Assembly (NCBI GenBank): GCA_965219995.1
Contig: CBDCOX010000002.1
Coordinates: 960,001-1,024,000 of the forward strand
Direction: 5' to 3'
DNA: 64,000 nt
Origin: Candidatus Latescibacterota bacterium
GTDB lineage: Bacteria > Latescibacterota > UBA2968 > GCA-2709665
A program made the position numbers and the translations under genes. Numbering within the stretch: position 1 is the stretch's first letter; every line of letters begins with the position of its first letter. Below are positions 36,663-45,474 of this stretch, piece after piece. The notes beneath the pieces are model-generated. The model was not told where the DNA came from. It searched no databases and was given only the letters and a program-made list of their open reading frames with translations.

Positions 36663-36792
36663 GAGAGGGTAGAGGGGAGACGGTAGAAGATGTGATTGCC
36701 CCGTGCGGTATCCTCTCATGCCGGAGGCATAAAGGACAATCCAATCGGGCAATGATGTCATCTACCGTCTAACCTCTTACGTCTACCCTCTC
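36663..36792. repeat. Inverted heptamer-repeat element (long hairpin)
   Basis: GAGAGGGTAGA..GAGACGGTAGA pairs with TCTACCGTCT..TCTACCCTCTC; inner ATTGCCC / GGGCAAT also pairs. Confidence 0.65.
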
Positions 36793-36949
36793 CCAGCATT
36801 CAGGTTTTTCCTCGATCGACGTTTGAAGTGAGTACACCACACCTTAGCGTGACGGAATGAGTCGCTGGAAGAATGGCGAGACATTCGGGGACCGGACTCG
36901 GGATTCAAGTCATCAAATATACGTCGTTACATCCCGCATCGCAAGTCTC

Positions 36950-38863
36950 CTACTGCGAGTTTTCGAAATCCTGAAGATCCACCTGGCAGACTTCGAATCC
37001 GGCGGCATAATAGAGCGAGCCGTCGACCACCCTCAAATGTTCGCCCTTACCGTCGATCAACGGGATGAATTCAATGGACTCCGCACCCACTTCCAATTGA
37101 CCGACCTTTTCATCGGCCGACGTCCACATCCGGCCCGTGGCCGGATCGAGTACCACCTCCCTGCAACCGGTTTGCCCGAGGCCCAGATCGCGCAGATCGC
37201 CGGTTTGCGCGTTCCACGCGTAGAAGCGATTCCTCTGAAGCGCAAGCACCTCACCGGAAGGCAGGACGACCATCACCCTGGCGGCGCCCTCGCCTTCCTG
37301 AATAGCCTGTGAACGGTCGACCGCAAGCCGGTCCATGTCGAACGATACCAGCATGCCCGTGGTTTGCGTGGGCGGCGCCGAGTTCGCATCCGCGAAGATT
37401 TCAGTTCCGCAGTAGACCCGGCGGCGTTTCGAATCCACCAGAAGGGAGTTCACCTTCTGATCCTCCACGATATGCCGCCAGACCCGGATTTCGCCGGTCT
37501 CCGGATCGATCCGGCTGAGCGCGCCGCCGAGGTGGCCGTATTCCGGACTGGTGGACATCCAGACGTACCGCCCGTCGTGAAGCAGCCCCGTGGGCCTCAT
37601 CTGCCCTTCGCGTTGCGCGCTGGCCAGCACTCGCGGGTTGTCCGGCCAGTCGGGTTGCGCCGCCGGATCGAATGCCGTTACCGCCGACGTCGTATAGCTG
37701 CTCTGGAGTACGCGCTGTGTAACCGGCTCCCAGATAATCTGGTTGATCTGCCCCCCGCCCGGCGCCGCACGCCCGCAATCCTCCCCGTCTCCGGTTTCCA
37801 TGTCGATCATCCAGAACCGCTGGTTGATGAAAGGCGCGCCGAGAATTACGTTCCGTTCCGGTACGGGGCAGAGCGCGTGCGCGGCCATGGGACCGGTGGA
37901 TTCCAGGTCGGTACAGTCCGTCCGCCCCGTCTCCGTGTCGAATTTGAGCGCAAGTCCGGAAATGGTCACGCCGCACACGGCGGTCTTTCCCCATGGATGC
38001 AGGGTTGCGGGTCCGCCATCCGACCAGTCCGGCGCCGCCACGTCCCATCTTTCACCTTCGCGATGGAGAACGTAGAGACTGCCGTCCGCAGAGCTGTACG
38101 CATATAGCCGGCCGTCGACAACACAGGCCTTTCCGCCCAGGCCCCCCGGCTCGGGACCCTCGATGCGCTGTTTCAGTTCGAAACCCGGATATGTCATGAA
38201 ATGGAGTTCGCCCCGGACAAACGCCGCAAGCGTCTCGCTGTCCCAGAAGAAGGCGTCGGTCGTAGAACCCACGCCCCGGATGTTTTCAGGTGTGTGGGAC
38301 TCCGCGGACATGGTTTCCAGATTCAGCAGGACCAGCCGCGCCTGCGGTACGTCGATGGCGAGCAGGACACGTCCGTCCGGCGCCTCCAGGACATTGTGGC
38401 CGTATAGCGCCGTCGGGTACTCCGTATCTATCGGCCGAAAGACCTTGACCAGCCGCGACTCCCGCCAGTCGTACACGCCGACGTGACCCGGCGACGCCTC
38501 CCACACGGCGTACCGGTCCGTCACACAGCCGCCCCAGGTGATAGACGTTAATTCGCCGGTTATCAGGATCTCAAAGCCGTCGGCGACCGGATCGTAACGG
38601 ATCAGGTCTCCATTCCCGCAGCCCAGGTAGAGACAGCCGTCTGCCGCGGTTCTCAACATGTAGGCCCCGGGGATGCCTTCCGGGAGCTCCCGCATCCCCC
38701 TTGATCCGGTGTCGGGATTCCAGAAGTAGATGCGACCGCCCGAGCTTCCACCCCAGACGCTGCTCACCAGATGGATGTCGCCGAGAAACCAGGCCCTGGC
38801 CACCTCGGCGTTGATGAACGGCAGACGGCTGTGAGGAATGGGATAGCGTTTCATGGTAGCCAT
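36950..38863 (-). CDS. Hypothetical multi-bladed beta-propeller protein
   Basis: Repeated LxxxDPxTG / YLG / DG beta-rich units; GGAGGG RBS before MATMK. Confidence 0.7.
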   Translation of the reverse strand: MATMKRYPIPHSRLPFINAEVARAWFLGDIHLVSSVWGGSSGGRIYFWNPDTGSRGMRELPEGIPGAYMLRTAADGCLYLGCGNGDLIRYDPVADGFEILITGELTSITWGGCVTDRYAVWEASPGHVGVYDWRESRLVKVFRPIDTEYPTALYGHNVLEAPDGRVLLAIDVPQARLVLLNLETMSAESHTPENIRGVGSTTDAFFWDSETLAAFVRGELHFMTYPGFELKQRIEGPEPGGLGGKACVVDGRLYAYSSADGSLYVLHREGERWDVAAPDWSDGGPATLHPWGKTAVCGVTISGLALKFDTETGRTDCTDLESTGPMAAHALCPVPERNVILGAPFINQRFWMIDMETGDGEDCGRAAPGGGQINQIIWEPVTQRVLQSSYTTSAVTAFDPAAQPDWPDNPRVLASAQREGQMRPTGLLHDGRYVWMSTSPEYGHLGGALSRIDPETGEIRVWRHIVEDQKVNSLLVDSKRRRVYCGTEIFADANSAPPTQTTGMLVSFDMDRLAVDRSQAIQEGEGAARVMVVLPSGEVLALQRNRFYAWNAQTGDLRDLGLGQTGCREVVLDPATGRMWTSADEKVGQLEVGAESIEFIPLIDGKGEHLRVVDGSLYYAAGFEVCQVDLQDFENSQ

Positions 38864-38990
38864 CGTCCCTCCAATCCTACGAACGGCGTTATCATTACCT
38901 TTCGGGGGATGAACACGGACACGACACGGTCTCAGATAGAATTCACCTACATAACTGTCGCACAATTTAATATAACTAAATTCTCTTGCG

Positions 38991-39608
38991 TTACTCGATA
39001 TGCCTTCGCACCTCGATGACCTTTCCCAGGATCGAAAAGGGCTCTCCTTCCTCGCTGGGGATAATGGATTCGAAGGACTCGTTCTCCGGATGCAGCTCGA
39101 TTCGGCCGCCTTTCTCCCGGTATCTCTTGACCGTCGCCTCCTCCCCCACCAGGGCGACGACGATGTCACCCGGCCTGGCTGCCTGCTGCCGGCGGACAAT
39201 CACGATATCTCCGTGGAGGATGCCGGCCCTGAGCATGCTGTCCCCCTGGACCGTCAGGGCAAAGAGTTCCCCGCTCTCGTACCGGGTCTGCTGTACCGGA
39301 AGGAAGTCTTCCGGATTCTGTATTGCCGCGGTGAGATCCCCGGCCTGGACCCGCCCCAGCACGGGAATCAGATGGGACGCACGCAAGCTGCCCATTTTAG
39401 GCAGGCGGTGGGACCTGGCCTTGCCGGAGTCCTTTATCAGCCGTCCTTCCTCAACCAGCGCCTCCAGGTGCTGGCGCGCCGACTGGACGGCACGGAACCC
39501 GAACGCCATCTGGACCTCTCTCGTGCTGGGCGGCGTGCCGTTCAGGATCCGCTCCCTCACAAACTCATAGATCTTCTCGCGCGTCTGCCCGGGCGGTGTA
39601 TACGCCAA
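38991..39608 (-). CDS. lexA: LexA repressor
   Basis: PPSTRE wHTH, GRVQAG cleavage site, catalytic GDSM and ATVK; TTG start after AGGAG. Confidence 0.93.
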   Translation of the reverse strand: MAYTPPGQTREKIYEFVRERILNGTPPSTREVQMAFGFRAVQSARQHLEALVEEGRLIKDSGKARSHRLPKMGSLRASHLIPVLGRVQAGDLTAAIQNPEDFLPVQQTRYESGELFALTVQGDSMLRAGILHGDIVIVRRQQAARPGDIVVALVGEEATVKRYREKGGRIELHPENESFESIIPSEEGEPFSILGKVIEVRRHIE

Positions 39609-39676
39609 AGTGCACTCCTGGGTTCGGTCTGCGACGAATCGGTGACGGCCGGATAGAGTTCCCCATAAAAAAAAAC

Positions 39677-39698
39677 AGACAAATATCTGTCTTGTCAA
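39677..39698 (-). promoter_or_regulatory. lexA -35 element and candidate operator
   Basis: TTGACA (39698-39693) immediately followed by near-palindrome AGACAGATATTTGTCT. Confidence 0.65.
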
Positions 39699-39740
39699 GG
39701 GAATTCCGGCGGAATTGGCCGTCCGGGAAGCCGTGAATTT

Positions 39741-39802
39741 GCATGGTTGGACAGGATTTCGGATTTCGAGGTTTTATCCTGTCTGTCCTGTCGATCCATG
39801 TT
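39741..39802. repeat. ACAGGA(T/C) tandem/inverted repeat element (family E)
   Basis: GCATGGTTGGACAGGAT pairs with ATCCTGTCTGTCCTGTCGATCCATGTT. Confidence 0.6.
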
Positions 39803-39853
39803 TATCGATTTCGCGCCGAAACAAGGACGAACCGAAGCGCCGGCGTGTGTGAA

Positions 39854-39880
39854 GGTGGGGCAGACGTTCCTGTCTGCCCG
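39854..39880 (+). repeat. REP-like family A copy
   Basis: GGTGGGGCAGACGTTCCTGTCTGCCCG. Confidence 0.8.
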
Positions 39881-39904
39881 ATTCAAGGATGACTGTCCGC
39901 GCCC

Positions 39905-41770
39905 CTATTCAAAAATCCACGTCCCGAAGTTCTCGAACTCCACGCCACGGTTGTAACGGGTTTCCGTCCACACGCTGAATTCGAGTACACCCGTTGAGTG
40001 ACGGCGGTGCGTCCACCGGTGCAGGTTTCCCTTGAGCCCGTCGCCCGTTTTCGGCGCCGCCCTGCCCAGCGCCGTCCACGGGACGGCGATTTCAGCCGAC
40101 CAGGAATCCGCCTGCTTCCGGGTCCCGGACCGAAACGCCCCTTTCCAGGTCGAGTCCCTCCCGTAGATCTCCCTCCCGGTGGCGATGTCGCTGCCGTGTT
40201 CCCGCTGTCCCGTTTCGGTCCGGGAGTCCCATCGGGCATTCGCCAGATCCAGCCGAATGTGGTAGTAGGCCGTCGGCGCTTCGTCCGCGGCGATGACCAC
40301 CTCCACCTGATCGCCGCGGCCTCCAAGTTCGGTGAACAGTGAGGGATGGGTGTGTTGCATTTCCGGCTCGTCACAGAGGAATCCGATGTACAGCGCCCCA
40401 TTGTCATAGGTCAAAAACGCTTCGGTAACGGTTTCCAACTCCCTCGCACGTGCCGCAACGTAGTTAACGAAGGCTCCCGTTGTCTCCGCCCCTTTCCACG
40501 CCTCGTCCGACAGATCCCCGTCGATGTCAGGCGGGGCGGCGCGCAGGCGCGGGATGTGCAGCATCTTCGGCCGAATCGGCCGCTTTTCGGCGTTCGTCTT
40601 TCCCAGGTGGCCCTTCCGGACAATCTCATCTACGTCGAAACCCAGCGGCCTGCCCTGCGCGACTTTCTGCTTTGCGGACCTGAGGGCGCCATCCAGAAAG
40701 CCTGGCAGGTTCCGCCCGTTCCACCAGTCCATGCGCTCGCTGTAGAACCACACGTACCGGTCGCTGCTTGTGAGCGCCCAATAGGCATTGTGCTCCACCC
40801 ATCGCGCCCGTTCTTCGGGTGTGACGTAGGTCGCTTCGGTATGGTTCTCCATGGTTCCGCACAGATAGTCGGCAAAAACGGCGTGCCCGGCCTGGACGTG
40901 ACGGCGGTACTTGCCGCGAAGGTCCCGGGGAATCAGCGCCTGCCCCGCCTGGTGGATGCGATGGTACGCCCGGAAATAGTGCAACTCGCGGTTGTAGTAA
41001 TAGGATTGCTCGTCTCCGTCCACGAAAACGGTTCCGGAATCGGCGGCCTCGAGCATCCCGTTCAGGAACGCGGGCAGGAGGCCATAGTATTCCGACTTGA
41101 GGATGGCTTCCCTTCTGGATGGATCGGTCTCCCGCGCGGCCTCCTGGAAGCGGGGCATCGACGTCCAGAAGAGCGTAAGGATCACCGGATCGGGGAATTC
41201 CTCCTCGATACGGTCCATATACTGCGCGCCCCGCTTCCGTACGATCTGCTCGTACTCGGCAAAGCTCCTCTTCCCCCGGTGCTTCTGCCACTCAACCTTC
41301 CACGCGGAATACGGCCGCCCCCAGTAGACGAACTCCGGATCGAAGGCAAGCCCCACGCAGCCGCCCACCCGCGCGGCCTTCGCGCACCAGCCGATATTGC
41401 GCAGGAAGGGGCTGTTTTCATCCCACATCGCATCATCGAACCAATCCACGTTGTCGTCGCAGTGGAAGTAGATGAAGTTGTCGGTAAACGTCCGCCATTC
41501 GATCCTGCCCATCGCTTCGATCTCCGCCTCGGCGGCAGAGTCGGGGAGATCCACCATGTAGAACGTGTGGCCGAAGGTGGGGCGAATGATAATGCCGTCG
41601 AAGGGACGCTTCTCCATCTCCCGGATATGCTCCGCAACGTAGGCAGGCGACTTCAGATCCCATCCCAGCTTGATCAGTTTCTTGGGAACCGCCCCGCCGC
41701 ATGCCTTCAGCGGCCGGCCGACCAGCAGCACGAAAACCAGCGAACATACGATCGCGACCAACTGTATCAT
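39905..41770 (-). CDS. Secreted hypothetical protein with C-terminal CBM9-like domain
   Basis: Hydrophobic N-terminus; PDIDGDLSDEAW, LTYDNGALYIGF, WSAEIAVPW. Confidence 0.7.
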   Translation of the reverse strand: MIQLVAIVCSLVFVLLVGRPLKACGGAVPKKLIKLGWDLKSPAYVAEHIREMEKRPFDGIIIRPTFGHTFYMVDLPDSAAEAEIEAMGRIEWRTFTDNFIYFHCDDNVDWFDDAMWDENSPFLRNIGWCAKAARVGGCVGLAFDPEFVYWGRPYSAWKVEWQKHRGKRSFAEYEQIVRKRGAQYMDRIEEEFPDPVILTLFWTSMPRFQEAARETDPSRREAILKSEYYGLLPAFLNGMLEAADSGTVFVDGDEQSYYYNRELHYFRAYHRIHQAGQALIPRDLRGKYRRHVQAGHAVFADYLCGTMENHTEATYVTPEERARWVEHNAYWALTSSDRYVWFYSERMDWWNGRNLPGFLDGALRSAKQKVAQGRPLGFDVDEIVRKGHLGKTNAEKRPIRPKMLHIPRLRAAPPDIDGDLSDEAWKGAETTGAFVNYVAARARELETVTEAFLTYDNGALYIGFLCDEPEMQHTHPSLFTELGGRGDQVEVVIAADEAPTAYYHIRLDLANARWDSRTETGQREHGSDIATGREIYGRDSTWKGAFRSGTRKQADSWSAEIAVPWTALGRAAPKTGDGLKGNLHRWTHRRHSTGVLEFSVWTETRYNRGVEFENFGTWIFE

Positions 41771-41858
41771 TTCGGGACCCCTTGTTTGCCCGCGCAATGG
41801 ATGACTCTCAAACAACAAGGGTTTACGTCGGATTGACATAAACCCTTGTTTCAAAAAG

Positions 41859-41935
41859 TGGTCGGGGCGCCCGGATTCGAACCGGGGGCCTCCTGCTCCC
41901 GAAGCAGGCGCTCTACCGGACTGAGCCACGCCCCG
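41859..41935 (-). tRNA. tRNA-Pro(CGG)
   Basis: CGGGGCGTGGCTCAG...CCTGC-TT-CGG-GA-GCAGG...GGTTCGAATCC...ACCA. Confidence 0.97.
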
Positions 41936-42067
41936 AATGCAACACTAAAAATACAAGAATCCATTCTTGCAGCAAGGAAATTCTCCAATTCGCCTCTCAC
42001 GGACACGGGACGAGAAAATGAACACTCCTTCGCCACGAACGCAGCCGAAGCGGTTTGCCCCTGCTAT

Positions 42068-43006
42068 TCAGCGGCGGGTTTCCGCCAGCCGGTCCAGAAC
42101 GACCACAACCGCGAAACCCACGATGGCCAGTCCCGCGGCGGCGGCCAAATCACCGTCAATCGTCTTGGGCAGGACGTTAATCTGCACGAGCGGTACTTCA
42201 ATTCCGTTCGCATCCGGATGCGGCGAGACGTTCTCTTTCCAGGGCCAGATCTTCCGCAATGAACCGGCCATGAACCCTGTCAGCGTTGCAATCGTCAGGT
42301 CATGCTGCCGCCTGAAGATCCAGGCAAGTACCCTTGCGAAACTCAGAATTCCGACCGCAGCTCCGGCCGCGAATACGACCATGGGAACAATGTCCCGGTT
42401 GTTCAACGCCGCCAGGAGATATTCGTATTTGCCCAGCAGCACCAGAATGAACGAACCGGAGATGCCAGGCAGAATCATCGCCGAAATGGCCACAACCCCG
42501 CAGACGAAGAGAAACCACGGCGAATCCGGCGTCGTCACCGGCACGAGGCCGACAACAACGTAGAATAACATTCCCGCGGCAAGCGCGGCGATCCAGATGG
42601 GTCCACGCCACGCCACAACCCGTTTCCTCACGACGAATACGGAGGCGACCACGAGCCCGAAGAAAAACGCCCAGATCAACTCCGGGCGATGTTGCAGCAT
42701 CCACTGAATCCCTCGTGCCAGTGTCACCACGGCCAACAGGATGCCAATGAGAACCGTGCCCAGAAATCGCCATGGAACCCTGTTGAACGCTTCGCGGAAC
42801 TTGAGAACAAGCAGCAATCCGGCAAAACGACGATCAACGGAACGGATCGAATAGATCAGCTCCTGGTAGATTCCCGTAACGAACGCGATTGTGCCGCCCG
42901 ATACGCCGGGTACGACGTCCGCCGCACCCATACATACGCCCCGCAGGCCGAGTCCCAGATAGTACGTCCAGCCCGCACGCGCAGATGTGTGTCCTTTGCC
43001 TTCCAC
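42068..43006 (-). CDS. DUF368 membrane protein (putative undecaprenyl-phosphate translocase)
   Basis: MGAADVVPGVSGGTIA and AMILPGISGS repeats; start uncertain. Confidence 0.9.
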   Translation of the reverse strand: MEGKGHTSARAGWTYYLGLGLRGVCMGAADVVPGVSGGTIAFVTGIYQELIYSIRSVDRRFAGLLLVLKFREAFNRVPWRFLGTVLIGILLAVVTLARGIQWMLQHRPELIWAFFFGLVVASVFVVRKRVVAWRGPIWIAALAAGMLFYVVVGLVPVTTPDSPWFLFVCGVVAISAMILPGISGSFILVLLGKYEYLLAALNNRDIVPMVVFAAGAAVGILSFARVLAWIFRRQHDLTIATLTGFMAGSLRKIWPWKENVSPHPDANGIEVPLVQINVLPKTIDGDLAAAAGLAIVGFAVVVVLDRLAETRR

Positions 43007-43120
43007 CTGTTCCCGGCCTCCGGGAATCCACCGTATCGGTTTCGAGATATTCAAGCTTTTCGATAATGAGGGGTCGGCGGATCCGCGGACTCCCCGTGCG
43101 GCAACACGGTTCGCCACGCG

Positions 43121-43158
43121 AAAAACAGGGACTCACGATCCAGGTCGTAAGTCCCTGT
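43121..43158 (-). terminator. Rho-independent terminator after tRNA-Pro(GGG)
   Basis: ACAGGGACTTACGA..TCGTGAGTCCCTGT followed by TTTT. Confidence 0.75.
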
Positions 43159-43162
43159 GGTA

Positions 43163-43239
43163 TGGTCGGAGCGACTGGATTTGAACCAGCGACCCCTATC
43201 ACCCCAAGATAGTGCGCTACCGGGCTGCGCCACGCTCCG
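43163..43239 (-). tRNA. tRNA-Pro(GGG)
   Basis: CGGAGCGTGGCGCAG...CTATC-TT-GGG-GT-GATAG...GGTTCAAATCC...ACCA. Confidence 0.97.
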
Positions 43240-43324
43240 ATCTCAACTCGATTCGCAACGAGGCGAAAATCTAACGGGTCTTGCCATCTCCGTCAAGAGA
43301 AATGTGACGCCCCGCGGGCGCAAT

Positions 43325-44602
43325 TCATTCGGTCTTGTAATAGAGAGAGTTATAGTACCGTTCGGCAATGACCTTGCAAAGGATATTCACAACGGCCGCC
43401 CCGGGAATCGCGATGAGCATGCCAATGAATCCCCAGAAGTGGGCGCCGACAACCAGCGCGAACATAACCCAGACCGGATGCAGCCCAACGCGTTGCCCCA
43501 CCACACGTGGAGACAGGAAGTTGCCCTCGATACTCTGCACGACGACGAATACGCCAATGACTTTGAAAAGGCTGCCGACCGGATCCGCGTCTGACAGCGC
43601 AACCAGACACGAAACGCTGAATGCAACCGCGATTCCTATGTAGGGAATCAGATTGAAGAGCCCTGCCATGAGTCCCAGCAAGACAGCATATCGAATTCCG
43701 AATACCATAAGACCGGTGGTCGTGAGCACTGCGATAAAACTGCAGACCAGCACCTGCCCGCGCAGGTATTGGCCCAGAACTTCGTCGACCCTCGTGAGTA
43801 ACTCGCCGGCGGATGCGGCGTGTCGGCGCGGAAGAATCCGCGCCAGGGTGTGCTTTATGCGCTCGTAGTCCTTAATCATATAAAAGGTCACGAAGGGGAT
43901 CATCAAAAGTTCCAGAAACGTCGCCAATCCGGAACTCAATGCCTTTAGCGCAGCCGTCATCTGCTCGGCGAAGAGTTCACCCAGCTTCGGCAACTGCTCG
44001 AGGAGCACACCCCTGGGCAGACTCACGCCGAAAGACTGCAACCAGTTGAGAACCTGATCGTAGAGTGCCTTGAGCATCGCCGCATAGACGGGAACACGAC
44101 GGCCGAAATCGAGAATTTCCTGCGTCACCAGTGGGATAACCACAATGCCGATACCTGACAGTGCCGCCAGAATAACCACCACCATCAGGGCGATGGCAAT
44201 CGTTCGGGACATCCAGCGTTCCATAAGGCCAACAAGCGGAGACAGCAAATAAGCCAACACGAACGACATGACAAACGGCCAGAACAACCCTGCCATGTCG
44301 CCCATCAGCCAGGCGCCGAACAGCAAGACCACCACAACCGCCACTCCCGCTTCGAACCTTACCCCCTTGCTGACCATGACGACGACCGCCAGGAGCGTGA
44401 GGCCGATCAGGAACGGGGAAAGATCCTGGTGGAGCACATAGAGGAAGCCAACCAGAAACACAAGGATGGCCAACCGGAAAAACGGCCTGTCGCCGGCTAA
44501 CGCGCCGGATGGCCGTTGGTCCGCGCCCGAATGCTGATCCTCCGCATTGTGGTTCGGATCTTCCCCTCCGGGTCCTTGTTGCGCTTTCGAATCCGTTTGC
44601 AT
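43325..44602 (-). CDS. AI-2E family transporter
   Basis: LAYLLSPLV, YLRGQV, FNLIPYIG, QSIEGNFLSPRVVG..VGLHP, GMLIAIP. Confidence 0.93.
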   Translation of the reverse strand: MQTDSKAQQGPGGEDPNHNAEDQHSGADQRPSGALAGDRPFFRLAILVFLVGFLYVLHQDLSPFLIGLTLLAVVVMVSKGVRFEAGVAVVVVLLFGAWLMGDMAGLFWPFVMSFVLAYLLSPLVGLMERWMSRTIAIALMVVVILAALSGIGIVVIPLVTQEILDFGRRVPVYAAMLKALYDQVLNWLQSFGVSLPRGVLLEQLPKLGELFAEQMTAALKALSSGLATFLELLMIPFVTFYMIKDYERIKHTLARILPRRHAASAGELLTRVDEVLGQYLRGQVLVCSFIAVLTTTGLMVFGIRYAVLLGLMAGLFNLIPYIGIAVAFSVSCLVALSDADPVGSLFKVIGVFVVVQSIEGNFLSPRVVGQRVGLHPVWVMFALVVGAHFWGFIGMLIAIPGAAVVNILCKVIAERYYNSLYYKTE

Positions 44603-44623
44603 GTCTATCCCCGCGGACGGCGT

Positions 44624-45472
44624 CTATTCCCCGTGTCCCTGTTCTTTCTCCTTCGGCAGGACGAGGAACGTCTCCGACTGGAGGTCAATATTGAAGATAC
44701 GAAGGTACCGGTTGTGGCGGAGTCCGTCCACTTCACCGATCAGTTCCAGGACGCCGTCACCGTCGATATCCAGGTAGCCGAGACGGTCTCCGAATCCGTC
44801 GGCGAAATACCACTCCACAAGCAGCGTCTCGAGATCCACGACTACGCCCGTATTCAATGCCACTTCGAGCCCGTAGTCGTCGTCGAAGTCCGCGATCACC
44901 ATGCTCTGGGCGTGGATGGATTCTTTCGGAATCACGTCGCTGATGCCCTGCTCGTACAGTTCCAGGCAGTCGTACACGTGGACGTGCATCTCGCTGTGGC
45001 CCAAGCCCTTGACCAGATAGACGAATTCAAGCTGGGGATCGTCGTCCACGTTCGCGATTGTCATGTGGATGATATCTTCCCGGATCTGCCATATAAAACT
45101 GTAGTCCTCCGCGCTGTACAATACGATACGCGTGAAGGTGTAAGCGACAATCTCGACCTCCCCGTCCGCATCGACGTCCTCCACAAACACCCCGAGGATG
45201 GCCGATCCCAGCGACTCGCTCTTCCACTCCTCGTACCCGCGCCCGTCGACGTACCTTACCGCATGCAGGTTCCCGTCGGCGTCACCGTAAACGACCCTCG
45301 GACTCGTTCCTTCACCCGGCGGGAGGATGCGAATCTGAGGCAATTCATCGATGCTGCCTCCCCAGTGGAAATGCCGGTTGTCGCGCAAGCTGTGCCAGTC
45401 CGGGATCTCGGCCTGCGCCGGCATCTGCGCCGCCAGCCAGAAGAGCGCGGCAAACCAGGAGCCGTATCGCAT
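44624..45472 (-). CDS. Secreted FG-GAP/VCBS-type repeat protein
   Basis: Signal peptide (AQA|E); DVDADGEVEIV, NVDDDPQLEFV, DFDDDYGLEVA, DIDGDGVLELI repeats. Confidence 0.8.
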   Translation of the reverse strand: MRYGSWFAALFWLAAQMPAQAEIPDWHSLRDNRHFHWGGSIDELPQIRILPPGEGTSPRVVYGDADGNLHAVRYVDGRGYEEWKSESLGSAILGVFVEDVDADGEVEIVAYTFTRIVLYSAEDYSFIWQIREDIIHMTIANVDDDPQLEFVYLVKGLGHSEMHVHVYDCLELYEQGISDVIPKESIHAQSMVIADFDDDYGLEVALNTGVVVDLETLLVEWYFADGFGDRLGYLDIDGDGVLELIGEVDGLRHNRYLRIFNIDLQSETFLVLPKEKEQGHGE

Positions 45473-45474
45473 GT

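Noticed and set aside
41771-41929. ORF-track N-terminal extensions running into tRNAs or intergenic DNA (also 43007-43117 and 50310-50630)
   Set aside because: They overlap tRNA genes, terminators or non-coding DNA; downstream starts are more plausible.
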